A stretch of DNA of 59,576 nt from Flavobacteriales bacterium (GTDB lineage Bacteria > Bacteroidota > Bacteroidia > Flavobacteriales_D > Crocinitomicaceae), in assembly GCA_947505255.1 (NCBI GenBank), contig CANNKP010000001.1:1-59576 (forward strand). Direction: 5' to 3'. The first letter of the stretch is position 1; each line of letters starts with the position of its first letter. Below, piece after piece: positions 26,545 to 36,130 of the stretch. The notes below the pieces were generated by a model. That model saw only the letters and a program-made list of their open reading frames with translations. It ran no database searches and was not told the DNA's origin. A program made the translations under genes and the position numbers.

Positions 26545-28037
26545 TGGGTAAAAAGATTACAATTATAGGAGCTGGAATTTCCAGTTTATCTTCAGCAGCA
26601 TTTCTTGCCAAAGCAGGATATGATGTAACTATTTTGGAAAAAAATCCAACGATTGGTGGCAGAGCTCGCCAGTTTAAAGTCGATGGATTCGTTTTTGATA
26701 TGGGACCAAGTTGGTATTGGATGCCAGATGTTTTTGAACAATTTTATTCAAAATTTGGCTATACAACTTCTGATTTTTATGAATTAAAAAGACTAGACCC
26801 ATCCTATAATGTTTTTTGGCAAGATGGAACAAATACTGAAATTCCAGCAAGTGAAAGCCAACTTTTCGATTGGTTTGAATCACTTGAAAAAGGAAGTTCA
26901 GCAAAGCTTAAAAAGTTTCTAAAAGATGCGGCATACAAATATGACGTTGGAATGAAAGATTTGGTTTTTAAGCCAAGTTTAAAACTTTCTGAATTTGCAG
27001 ACATGCGCATTTTGAAAGGTCTTTTTAAACTTCAATTACTTTCTTCTTTTTCAAAATATATAAGAAGCTATTTTAAGAATGACAAAATCCTTTCGCTCTT
27101 AGAATTTCCAATTCTGTTTCTTGGTGCTATGCCTAAAGATACTCCAGCTTTGTATTCGCTAATGAATTATGCTGACATTTCCCTAGGAACCTGGTATCCA
27201 ATGGGTGGAATGTTTAATATCATTGAGGCATTTGAAAAAATAGCAGTTGAAAACGGTGTCAAAATATTAACCAATCAAGAAGTAACGGGGATTAAACATG
27301 AAAATAATCGCGTTACTCATGTTTCAACACTTGACCAAGAATACGAAACAGATATTTTAGTTTCCGGTGCTGATTATCAGCATACCGATTCATCCATATT
27401 GAATTCAAAAGCAAATTATTCTGAAAAATATTGGGATAAGCGCACAATGGCTCCATCTAGTTTGTTGTTTTACCTTGGTGTCAATAAAAAAATAGCTGGA
27501 TTAAATCACCATAATCTATTTTTTGACGAAGAATTCGAGCAACACGCTATAGATATTTACAAAGATCCTAAATGGCCATCTGCTCCCCTCTTTTATGCAT
27601 GTGTGCCATCCATAACAGACCCAACAGTTGCGCCAGAAGGAATGGAAAATTTATTTCTTTTAATTCCAATTGCTCCAGATTTAAAGGATGATGAAGAAAC
27701 AAGAGAAAGATATTTTGATCTACTAATTGATCGCCTTGAATCCAAAACTGGTACTTCAATTCGTGAGCATATTATCTATAAAAAGAGCTATTGCATAAGT
27801 GATTTCAAAAAAGACTATCATGCGTTTAAAGGAAATGCTTATGGACTTGCAAATACACTCAGACAAACAGCATTTTTAAAACCCTCACTGAAAAACAAAA
27901 AATTGAAAAACATGTTTTATACAGGTCAACTTACTGTACCTGGACCAGGTGTTCCTCCTTCAATAATTTCTGGTGAAGTCGTTGCGAATGAAATAATTAA
28001 AAACTACGGCTTACATAATCAACAAGTCGCAGATTAA
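26544..28037 (+). CDS. crtI: Phytoene desaturase
   Basis: N-terminal FAD fold IIGAGISSLSSAAFLAKAGYDVTILEKN..GGR, C-terminal CrtI block GTVPGPGVP, 497 aa. Confidence 0.9.
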   Translation: MGKKITIIGAGISSLSSAAFLAKAGYDVTILEKNPTIGGRARQFKVDGFVFDMGPSWYWMPDVFEQFYSKFGYTTSDFYELKRLDPSYNVFWQDGTNTEIPASESQLFDWFESLEKGSSAKLKKFLKDAAYKYDVGMKDLVFKPSLKLSEFADMRILKGLFKLQLLSSFSKYIRSYFKNDKILSLLEFPILFLGAMPKDTPALYSLMNYADISLGTWYPMGGMFNIIEAFEKIAVENGVKILTNQEVTGIKHENNRVTHVSTLDQEYETDILVSGADYQHTDSSILNSKANYSEKYWDKRTMAPSSLLFYLGVNKKIAGLNHHNLFFDEEFEQHAIDIYKDPKWPSAPLFYACVPSITDPTVAPEGMENLFLLIPIAPDLKDDEETRERYFDLLIDRLESKTGTSIREHIIYKKSYCISDFKKDYHAFKGNAYGLANTLRQTAFLKPSLKNKKLKNMFYTGQLTVPGPGVPPSIISGEVVANEIIKNYGLHNQQVAD

Positions 28038-28049
28038 ATCAACATTGAT

Positions 28050-28886
28050 ATGAAAATACTATTTGATAATGTCTCACATGAAATGAGCCAACTTACAACT
28101 AAAAGATACAGTACTTCTTTTTCGTTGGGCATTTCTTTTTTACATAAGGACATTCAAAAACCTGTTTATGCTATCTACGGTTTTGTGCGTTTTGCAGATG
28201 AAATTGTTGACTCATTTCATGACTTTGATAAAGTTGAACTATTGAGTGATTTTAAAATTCAAACATACAAAGCAATTGATCAAGGTATATCGTTAAACCC
28301 AATCTTAAACAGCTTCCAATGGGCCGTTAACAAATACAAAATACCGCTAGATTTAGTTGAAACATTCTTATTAAGCATGGAAATGGATTTAGATAAAAAA
28401 TCCTATGACATAAACAAATATGAACAGTATATATTAGGTTCCGCAGAAGTTGTTGGATTAATGTGCCTAAAGATTTTTGTAAATGGAAGTGAAGAGGAAT
28501 ATAAGCAGCTAAAACCATTTGCAATGAAATTGGGTTCTGCTTTTCAAAAAATCAATTTTTTAAGAGATTTAAAAGCTGATTTTAAAGAGTTGGGGCGCAC
28601 CTATTTTCCGGGTATAGATTTGAACACCTTTAATTCTGCTGTGAAATCAGAAATTGAAGCGGATATTGAATTAGATTTCAAATTAGGGTATGAAGGTATT
28701 ATGAAACTACCGAAAAATGCTCGATTTGGTGTTTATATGGCGTATATTTATTACTATAAACTTTTTAATAAAATCAAATCAACTTCTGCACATTCTATTA
28801 TGAATGAACGTGTTAGGATACCGAACAATAAAAAATACCGTTTGTTTGTAACTTCCTATTTAAGACATAATTTAAACCTATTATAA
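28050..28886 (+). CDS. crtB: Phytoene synthase
   Basis: Squalene/phytoene synthase fold with YGFVRFADEIVD (first Asp-rich box) and FQKINFLRDLKADF (second box), 278 aa. Confidence 0.88.
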   Translation: MKILFDNVSHEMSQLTTKRYSTSFSLGISFLHKDIQKPVYAIYGFVRFADEIVDSFHDFDKVELLSDFKIQTYKAIDQGISLNPILNSFQWAVNKYKIPLDLVETFLLSMEMDLDKKSYDINKYEQYILGSAEVVGLMCLKIFVNGSEEEYKQLKPFAMKLGSAFQKINFLRDLKADFKELGRTYFPGIDLNTFNSAVKSEIEADIELDFKLGYEGIMKLPKNARFGVYMAYIYYYKLFNKIKSTSAHSIMNERVRIPNNKKYRLFVTSYLRHNLNLL

Positions 28887-29435
28887 TTGGAACTAAGTCA
28901 AAACATTTACGTTAGTTTAGTTGACCTTGAAGACAATGTAATTGGTCAAATGGAGAAATTAGAGACCCATAAACAAGGTCTACTTCACCGTGCATTTTCT
29001 GTTTTAATCTTTAACGACAAAAAGGAATTATTGCTTCAAAGACGTGCTTTTGGCAAATATCATTCGGAAGGATTATGGACAAATACATGCTGCAGTCATC
29101 CAATGCCTGAAGAGTCTAATTTAACCGCTGCACATCGCAGGTTACAAGAAGAGATGGGTTTTGATTGTGAATTAATGGAACTTTTCTATTTCATTTATAA
29201 GGCAGATCTAGATAATAATTTAATAGAACATGAATTAGACCATGTGCTAATAGGGCACTCAAATCAAGAACCTAATCTGAATAAAGATGAGGCAATTGAT
29301 TTTAAATGGATGAATTTAGAAGAAGTAAAAAAAGCTATAATTATACAACCAACAGAATTCACCTTTTGGTTCAAAATAATAATTCTAGAACATTTCAACA
29401 AAATACATGAATACTTAAAAAATGAAAGTTTGTAG
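28887..29435 (+). CDS. idi: Isopentenyl-diphosphate delta-isomerase, type 1 (Nudix)
   Basis: LLHRAFSVLIFN...LLLQRRA..K....GLWTNTCCSHP and the HELDHV region. TTG start at 28887 directly after the crtB stop. Confidence 0.85.
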   Translation: MELSQNIYVSLVDLEDNVIGQMEKLETHKQGLLHRAFSVLIFNDKKELLLQRRAFGKYHSEGLWTNTCCSHPMPEESNLTAAHRRLQEEMGFDCELMELFYFIYKADLDNNLIEHELDHVLIGHSNQEPNLNKDEAIDFKWMNLEEVKKAIIIQPTEFTFWFKIIILEHFNKIHEYLKNESL

Positions 29436-29826
29436 AAGATTGACTTTTAATGCCGCACATCGTTTATTCAATGCTGCATGGAGTGACGAGAAAAATTTTG
29501 AAGTTTTTGGCAAATGCAGTAATCCCAATTACCATGGTCACAACTACGTCATAGAAACATGGATTGAAGGCGAAATTGACCTTGAAACTGGATTTGTTTA
29601 TGATTTGAAAAAGTTAAAAGAATTAGTACAGGAAACTGTAACAGAGCGTTTTGACCATAGAAATTTAAATCTAGATTGTGAGGAGTTCACAGATTTAAAA
29701 ACCTCAGCAGAAAATATCGCATTGGTTGCATGGAACTTATTAAGACCAAAAATCGAAAGCAAATACTCGTTAATGATTCGACTATGGGAAACAGAAAATA
29801 ACGTTGTAGAATATAGCGGTCAATGA
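29422..29826 (+). CDS. 6-pyruvoyl-tetrahydropterin synthase family protein (PTPS/QueD-like)
   Basis: FNAAHRL and KCSNPNYHGHNY (Cys plus HGH zinc motif), 134 aa. The subfamily (QueD, PTPS-II or PTPS-III/FolB-replacing) cannot be decided by eye. Confidence 0.8.
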   Translation: MKVCRRLTFNAAHRLFNAAWSDEKNFEVFGKCSNPNYHGHNYVIETWIEGEIDLETGFVYDLKKLKELVQETVTERFDHRNLNLDCEEFTDLKTSAENIALVAWNLLRPKIESKYSLMIRLWETENNVVEYSGQ

Positions 29827-31118
29827 AATCAATTTTTTGGCACCGCAGAGATTTACGTATAAATGATAATGCAGGATTATTCAAAGCTTTAAAAAACAGC
29901 TCTTTTGTTCAACCAATTTTCATTTTTGACGAAACAATTCTTTCGAAACTTAAAAAAAGTGATCAACGTATACTGTTTATCCATCAAGAAATAGAAAATT
30001 TAAAAAAACAGTATCAGCAAAATGGAGCTGATTTAAAGATTTATTTTGGCAATCCCATTGATTTAATTCCTGAAATTGCTCATGAATTTAATGCTCAAGT
30101 AGTTTATACCAATAGAGATTATGAACCGTATGCCTCCGAAAGGGATACGCAGATTCATACGCATCTCTCCGAATTGAATATCGAGTTTATTGGCACCAAG
30201 GATCATGTGATTTTTGAGAAGCATGAAATCACCAAATCAGATGGTTTACCATATACAGTATTTACGCCTTATTCTCGCAAGTGGAAAGAAAAAATAAATA
30301 CCTATTATTCTAAATCGTACCAAGTTGAAAAGTACTTGGATAAACTTCAAAAATCAGAAAGTTCAGAAATTATTTCTTTAGAGAATCTTGGTTTTGATTC
30401 ATTGCAAAAAAACTCTTTCCCATTCAAAAAATTTCCTTTAGAACAGATACAATCTTATTCTGAAAAAAGAGATTTCCCCTCATTAGATGCCACAACACAT
30501 TTAAGTTTGCATCTGCGATTTGGGACAATAAGCATCCGTGAATTGGTTAGGGCAGCCAAAGAAAATAACGAAACTTTTTTGAATGAATTAATTTGGCGTG
30601 ATTTCTATCAAATGATCATTTTTCACTTTCCACATTCTGCAAAAGATGCATTTAAAAAACAATATGACCGCATAGAATGGGAACACAATGATTTACATTT
30701 TAATGCATGGTGCGAGGGAAAAACAGGATATCCTTTGGTTGATGCAGGCATGAGAGAATTAAATCATACTGGTTTTATGCACAACCGTGTTCGCATGGTA
30801 GTTGCGAGTTTTCTTACCAAACATTTGTTATTGGACTGGAGAATGGGAGAAGTTTATTTTGCCGAAAAATTGTTGGATTATGAATTAGCAAGTAATGTTG
30901 GAGGTTGGCAATGGGCGGCAGGATGTGGATGCGATGCCGCACCATATTTTCGCGTTTTTAACCCAACAAGTCAACAAGAAAAATTTGACAAGCAATTTGA
31001 ATACATAAAAAAATGGATTCCTGAATTTGAAACTTCAGATTATCCAGAACCAATTATTGATCACAAATTTGCTCGAGAAAGGGTTTTAGAAAGATATAAA
31101 CAAGCACTAAATAACTAA
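29823..31118 (+). CDS. phr: Deoxyribodipyrimidine photo-lyase / cryptochrome-photolyase family flavoprotein
   Basis: IFWHRRDLRINDNAGL N-terminus and GGWQWAAGCGCDAAPYFRVFNPTSQQEKFD FAD-binding block, 431 aa. Confidence 0.88.
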   Translation: MKSIFWHRRDLRINDNAGLFKALKNSSFVQPIFIFDETILSKLKKSDQRILFIHQEIENLKKQYQQNGADLKIYFGNPIDLIPEIAHEFNAQVVYTNRDYEPYASERDTQIHTHLSELNIEFIGTKDHVIFEKHEITKSDGLPYTVFTPYSRKWKEKINTYYSKSYQVEKYLDKLQKSESSEIISLENLGFDSLQKNSFPFKKFPLEQIQSYSEKRDFPSLDATTHLSLHLRFGTISIRELVRAAKENNETFLNELIWRDFYQMIIFHFPHSAKDAFKKQYDRIEWEHNDLHFNAWCEGKTGYPLVDAGMRELNHTGFMHNRVRMVVASFLTKHLLLDWRMGEVYFAEKLLDYELASNVGGWQWAAGCGCDAAPYFRVFNPTSQQEKFDKQFEYIKKWIPEFETSDYPEPIIDHKFARERVLERYKQALNN

Positions 31119-31120
31119 GG

Positions 31121-31576
31121 ATGTCATTACAAATAGGAGACAATTGTCCAATTTTCAGTTTAGAAAACCAAGATGGGAAAACGATCAATATAGCTGATTT
31201 CATCGGTCAAAAAATCTTAGTCATCTATTTTTACCCAAAGGATGATACAAGTGGATGTACAAAAGAAGCGTGTTCGTTTCGTGATAGTCATGAAGCTTTC
31301 AAAGACTTGGGTTGTGAAGTTTTTGGAATTTCTTCAGATTCAGTTAGCTCACATCTAAAATTCGCCAAAAAAAACAGACTCACATTCAATTTATTAGCCG
31401 ATATTAAACAAGATATTCGCAATTCTTTTGGTGTACCGAGAAGTTTATTTGGACTTATTTCAGGAAGAGTGACATATATCATTGACCTAAAAGGAGAAAT
31501 TCGAGGGATATATAATTCCATGACTGACGCAACAGGGCACATTACGAAAGCGCTTGAGATGGTTAAAACAATATAA
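31121..31576 (+). CDS. bcp: Thioredoxin-dependent peroxiredoxin (Bcp type)
   Basis: FYPKDDTSGCTKEAC peroxidatic Cys motif, 151 aa. Confidence 0.88.
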   Translation: MSLQIGDNCPIFSLENQDGKTINIADFIGQKILVIYFYPKDDTSGCTKEACSFRDSHEAFKDLGCEVFGISSDSVSSHLKFAKKNRLTFNLLADIKQDIRNSFGVPRSLFGLISGRVTYIIDLKGEIRGIYNSMTDATGHITKALEMVKTI

Positions 31577-31675
31577 TTCGGATGGTTGATTAAGATGATC
31601 TATGTTCTGTTTTTATGTGAACTGTTAAATTACCTTTATAGGGATTAGTAACAACATAAAACCACAAAGGATATC

Positions 31676-32074
31676 ATGAACGGATTTAAAATTTCAATCG
31701 AAAAAGCAACTCAAGAAAATTCAAATTTCAGAAAGGTTCTATACACTTCAAAACACAGTCAATTGACCTTGACGAGTTTACTGCCTAACGAAGATATCGG
31801 AGAGGAAATTCACACTGATAATGACCAATTTTTCAGGTTTGAAAGTGGGATAGGAAAAGTAATAATCGATGGTCACTCTTATGACGTTTGTGACGGCGAT
31901 GCCGTTGTAATTCCGGCTGGGGCGAAACACAATGTTATCAATACTTCAAATAGTGAAGATTTAAAAATGTATACGATTTATTCTCCTGCTCATCATAAGG
32001 ACGCAATTCTAAGAGTAACTAAAAAAGAAGCCACTGAATATGAAGAAGAATTTGAAGGAATAACTACAGAATAA
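31676..32074 (+). CDS. Cupin domain protein
   Basis: 132 aa with a GEEIHTDNDQFF...GDAVVIPAGAKHNV two-motif cupin pattern. Confidence 0.7.
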   Translation: MNGFKISIEKATQENSNFRKVLYTSKHSQLTLTSLLPNEDIGEEIHTDNDQFFRFESGIGKVIIDGHSYDVCDGDAVVIPAGAKHNVINTSNSEDLKMYTIYSPAHHKDAILRVTKKEATEYEEEFEGITTE

Positions 32075-32086
32075 ATAAGAAATATA

Positions 32087-32536
32087 TCAAACAAACAATT
32101 CGTCTACAATTTTAAAACGGTAGGCAAATATTTGCTCCAGTTTTTTCTTAACAAGAATTGGATGGGCTAATTTACCGAGGATTCCATAAGGTAATTCATA
32201 AGATACAATATCTGTCATTTCGACACCACCTTCAACTTCAAGAAAATGATGTTCGTGGTGCCAGATTTTGTATGGTCCTTTGCGTTGCTCATCAACAAAA
32301 TACTGCTGGTGTTTGACATGTGTGATCTCTGTAATCCATTTTAAAGGAATATTCAATAATGGGCGAACTCTATATTCAATCATCAACCCTTCATACATGC
32401 ATTCCGAACCTTCCGTTAAAACGTCAAAACCCATTTCTTTAGGGGTAATTTTATTGAGATTATTTGGCGATGAGAAAAAATCCCAGCACGTTGCTAAGTC
32501 GGTTTTTACAAATTGTGTACGCTTTAATTGATACAT
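32087..32536 (-). CDS. SRPBCC-superfamily (START/Bet v1-like) protein
   Basis: 149 aa with W..F..P.NL..ITP...F.DEQ..GPYKIWHHEH.F, typical of an uncharacterised SRPBCC subfamily. Confidence 0.65.
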   Translation of the reverse strand: MYQLKRTQFVKTDLATCWDFFSSPNNLNKITPKEMGFDVLTEGSECMYEGLMIEYRVRPLLNIPLKWITEITHVKHQQYFVDEQRKGPYKIWHHEHHFLEVEGGVEMTDIVSYELPYGILGKLAHPILVKKKLEQIFAYRFKIVDELFV

Positions 32537-32644
32537 GCTTTCTTTTTATTTACTAAACAGAATAATCATCTAATTGTTTATTAAAAATTTAACGAAACAT
32601 TTTGAATACTATTTTGTTTTAATATTTAGTAGTGGTTAGTAATT

Positions 32645-32679
32645 AAAACCCGCAAATGCAGTGATGTTTTGCGGGTTTT
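32645..32679 (-). terminator. Rho-independent (potentially bidirectional) terminator
   Basis: aaaacccgcaaa (32645-32656) pairs perfectly with tttgcgggtttt (32668-32679), with an 11-nt loop. There are T-rich tails on both strands. It lies 84 nt downstream of the minus-strand gene ending at 32763. Confidence 0.7.
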
Positions 32680-32762
32680 TATATAGTTGCCAACTTTAGT
32701 TTAATTCAAGGTAACTCCTAAAAAACTCAATCAGTTTAAAAATACCTTATTAGTTAACTAAA

Positions 32763-33125
32763 CTACTTAACGTAATCCTGTTTTTGCACCAGCATGTATT
32801 GATCATTATCCATCTTGATATATCCCTGATCGTAACAGAAAAAATACTGTGAACCTTTCTGGGTTTTGTAGATATTAGTAAAATAATGAAAATTAAATCC
32901 TTCCTCTGCTAGTGTAATGCCATCGAGTGTAACCTTTCCTTTTGGATTTAAAGCCGCTAAGATTCGACGATTTTTCCTTAATATATTATTGATTCGACGC
33001 ACATACGCTGTTGCATCTTCATTCTGACGATTATTGAATGAATTTCGACAATAATCTGAACAAAATTTTTGATCTCTGCGACCCGTTAAATTCTGCCCAC
33101 ATTCATTACAAGTTCTCTTTTCCAT
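32763..33125 (-). CDS. Small zinc-ribbon protein, function unknown
   Basis: From the ATG at 33125-33123 the sequence reads MEKRTCNECGQNLTGRRDQKFCSDYCRNSFNNRQ (CxxC...CxxxC), followed by a basic stretch. Divergent from moxR. Confidence 0.6.
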   Translation of the reverse strand: MEKRTCNECGQNLTGRRDQKFCSDYCRNSFNNRQNEDATAYVRRINNILRKNRRILAALNPKGKVTLDGITLAEEGFNFHYFTNIYKTQKGSQYFFCYDQGYIKMDNDQYMLVQKQDYVK

Positions 33126-33235
33126 TATTGATATTTTCGCGTGTGAGTTCAAAGCAATGTTAACAATATTTAACAGCAAAATCAAGCTTTCAGCAGTTAA
33201 TCTTTGTCACCTTTGTAGATTCAACTATTCTAAAT

Positions 33236-34282
33236 ATGACAGAAAACACTACCACCGTCGAAGGCAGCAACGCAGTTAATCCAATTAACCCAGCTGAAGC
33301 GCTCAGGATTCTTAGTGAGAAAATAAAATTAGAGGCAGTGATTATTCAACGATTACGCGAAGAAATCGCAAAAGTAATTGTAGGTCAGACATATATGATT
33401 GATCGTTTGTTGATTGCCTTGCTCGCTGACGGACATATTCTGTTAGAAGGTGTTCCAGGACTTGCAAAGACGTTGGCCATAAAAACACTTGCTGATGCAA
33501 TTGATGTTGATTTTAGTAGAATACAATTTACACCAGATTTATTGCCTGCAGATGTTACTGGCACCATGATTTACAATCAGAAAAGCGAGAAATTTACAGT
33601 TAAAAAAGGGCCGATTTTTTCGAATTTTGTTTTGGCTGATGAAATCAACCGAGCGCCAGCGAAAGTTCAAAGTGCGTTGTTGGAAGCGATGCAAGAACGT
33701 CAAATAACAATAGGTGAAGAGACATTTATTTTACCAAAACCTTTCTTGGTGTTGGCTACTCAAAATCCAATCGAACAAGAAGGAACGTATCCATTACCTG
33801 AAGCACAAGTCGATCGATTTATGTTGAAAGTGTTTTTAGGTTATCCAACCAAAGAAGAAGAAAAACAAATTATCCGCACAAACGTGCAAGTTGGTGGAAT
33901 CCCAAAAATTGGTAAAGTCGTTGCGCCGAGTGATATACTTCGTGCACGAGAATTAGTTCGAGAAGTATATTTAGATGAAAAAGTGGAGAATTATATTGTT
34001 GACCTAGTATATGCTACCCGAACACCCGAAAAATATGGGTTAGAACAATTACAACCTATGATTAGTTACGGTTGTTCCCCAAGAGCAAGTATCAATTTAG
34101 CACTTGCGTCAAAAGCATATGCATTTTTACAAGGAAGAGCGTTTGTTGTGCCTGAAGATATTCGTGCAATTGCACCAGATGTGATGCGCCACAGAATGGG
34201 CTTGACATATGAAGCAGAAGCGGAGAATATTACAACGACAGATGTTGTCAATAAAATCATCAACAAAGTAGAAGTTCCTTAA
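33236..34282 (+). CDS. moxR: MoxR-family AAA+ ATPase
   Basis: Walker A LEGVPGLAKT, Walker B VLADEINRA, and MoxR C-terminal blocks (SPRASI...). Confidence 0.93.
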   Translation: MTENTTTVEGSNAVNPINPAEALRILSEKIKLEAVIIQRLREEIAKVIVGQTYMIDRLLIALLADGHILLEGVPGLAKTLAIKTLADAIDVDFSRIQFTPDLLPADVTGTMIYNQKSEKFTVKKGPIFSNFVLADEINRAPAKVQSALLEAMQERQITIGEETFILPKPFLVLATQNPIEQEGTYPLPEAQVDRFMLKVFLGYPTKEEEKQIIRTNVQVGGIPKIGKVVAPSDILRARELVREVYLDEKVENYIVDLVYATRTPEKYGLEQLQPMISYGCSPRASINLALASKAYAFLQGRAFVVPEDIRAIAPDVMRHRMGLTYEAEAENITTTDVVNKIINKVEVP

Positions 34283-34301
34283 TCGAATTTCAATTTAGCA
34301 C

Positions 34302-35168
34302 GTGGAAACTAGCGACCTCATTAAAAAAATACACCGTTTGGAAATCAAAACGAAAGGCTTGACCAAGCATATTTTTTCGGGTGAATACCATTCGGCGTTC
34401 AAGGGAAGAGGTATGGCGTTTAGTGAAGTACGCGATTATCAATTTGGAGATGAAGTTCGAACAATTGATTGGAACGTTACCGCTCGTTATAACAATCCGT
34501 ATGTCAAGGTTTTTGAAGAAGAGCGTGAATTAACGGTTATGTTGGTCATTGATATTTCCGGTTCGGAGGAATTTGGAACAACAGAGAAAACGAAAAAAGA
34601 TTTAGCGTTAGAAATTGCCGCAATTTTAGCATTTTCAGCTATTGCAAATAATGATAAAGTGGGATTGATTCTCGTTTCAGATAAAATGGAACGGTACATT
34701 GCTCCTGAAAAAGGGAAAAAACATGTGTTAATTATTTTACGGGAACTGATTGAATTCAAAGCGAAAAGTAAATTAACAGATATCAACGAAGGATTGAAAT
34801 TTCTACGCAATACGCAAAAGAAACGCACAATTACCTTTGTGATCAGTGATTTTATCGATCAAAACAATTTTATGGAAGGAATGCGTTTGACGAAGAAGCG
34901 ACACGACACCATTGCAATTAAACTTTCAGATATTGCTGAACAAATTTTACCAAATGTAGGATTGATTCAATTGTTCAATGCTGAATCGGGGGAAACTACT
35001 TGGGTAAATTCAAGTTCAAGAGAAGTACGAGCAAAATATCAAAAAGACTTTCAAGAAAACGAAGCAACCACTTTAAAAGAATTTAAAAAAGCTGGAATTG
35101 ACAGTGTTTCTTGTCGCACAGATGAAGACATGATCAAACCACTTGTAGCGCTTTTTCAAAAACGTTGA
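34302..35168 (+). CDS. DUF58 domain protein (MoxR-associated, VWA-like)
   Basis: GEYHSAFKGRGMAFSEVRDYQFGDEVRTIDWNVTAR is the DUF58 hallmark. GTG start. Confidence 0.88.
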   Translation: METSDLIKKIHRLEIKTKGLTKHIFSGEYHSAFKGRGMAFSEVRDYQFGDEVRTIDWNVTARYNNPYVKVFEEERELTVMLVIDISGSEEFGTTEKTKKDLALEIAAILAFSAIANNDKVGLILVSDKMERYIAPEKGKKHVLIILRELIEFKAKSKLTDINEGLKFLRNTQKKRTITFVISDFIDQNNFMEGMRLTKKRHDTIAIKLSDIAEQILPNVGLIQLFNAESGETTWVNSSSREVRAKYQKDFQENEATTLKEFKKAGIDSVSCRTDEDMIKPLVALFQKR

Positions 35169-36130
35169 TGAAGAACCTTTTGCTCCATATCTTAATTTTG
35201 ACAGTCACTTTTTGTGGCTATTCGCAGCAAGGAACAACAACTTTGTCAGAGAAAAATATTTTGGTTGGAGAGAAAATTTCACTTGTTTATACGATAACTT
35301 TTCCTCAAAAAAACAGTTTTAAATTCACTCCAGAAAATTCCATTATTCCAAGTAACCGTAAATCGAAAACTGGAATTCTATCAACTGAGACAACGGATGA
35401 AATTGAAATCTTGACACCGTTCAATGACACGGTCATTTCGAAAGGAAAAGAAAAAGTATGGATTGGAACCTATGAAATCACTGCTTGGGATTCTGGAAGA
35501 TATGTTTTAGCCCCATGCACAATTATCATTGATGATTCAACTATCACTTTTCCATCCGTTGAATTGACTTCAGAACTTGTAAAGGCAAAAAAAGGACAAG
35601 ATTTATACGATATCAAAGAATCCTTTTCGGACATCCCTGACGAACCATTTTCTTTGAAAACGTTTGCTAAAAATAACTGGTGGTGGTTGTTGCTTGTTGT
35701 TCTTATTCCGTTGATTATAATTTATAGAAATAGGCTCAAAAGGCTCAATGACATTCCGAAACCAGTCGTGATTTTGTCGCTGAAAGAACGAACTATACTT
35801 GCAATTGATGCTTTAGAAAAAGAACGTTTGTGGGAAAAAGAACGTTTAAAAGAACATTACATTGAACTTTCATTTATTTTGAGATCGTACCTTTCTTCCC
35901 GTTATGAAATCAATTTATTAGAAAAAACTACGCACGAAACAAAGTTGCTCTTGGGTCAAAAAGGATTACATGAGGAGACCATTCGTGTAATTGTTTCCAT
36001 ATTGAGTGAAGCTGACTTGGTGAAATTTGCTAAGTCGCAACCTGAAGAATTAGCGATTTTAAAAGTATCGCAGCTTGCCAGACAAGTAATTGCCGAAACG
36101 AGTCCAATAGAATTTGATCATGCTGAATAA
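35168..36130 (+). CDS. Bat-operon membrane protein (signal peptide, one central TM, DUF4381-like C-terminal half)
   Basis: MKNLLLHILILTVTF signal and NNWWWLLLVVLIPLIII TM. Its position between DUF58 and batA matches other Bat operons. The ATG at 35168 overlaps the DUF58 stop (TGATG). Confidence 0.55.
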   Translation: MKNLLLHILILTVTFCGYSQQGTTTLSEKNILVGEKISLVYTITFPQKNSFKFTPENSIIPSNRKSKTGILSTETTDEIEILTPFNDTVISKGKEKVWIGTYEITAWDSGRYVLAPCTIIIDDSTITFPSVELTSELVKAKKGQDLYDIKESFSDIPDEPFSLKTFAKNNWWWLLLVVLIPLIIIYRNRLKRLNDIPKPVVILSLKERTILAIDALEKERLWEKERLKEHYIELSFILRSYLSSRYEINLLEKTTHETKLLLGQKGLHEETIRVIVSILSEADLVKFAKSQPEELAILKVSQLARQVIAETSPIEFDHAE

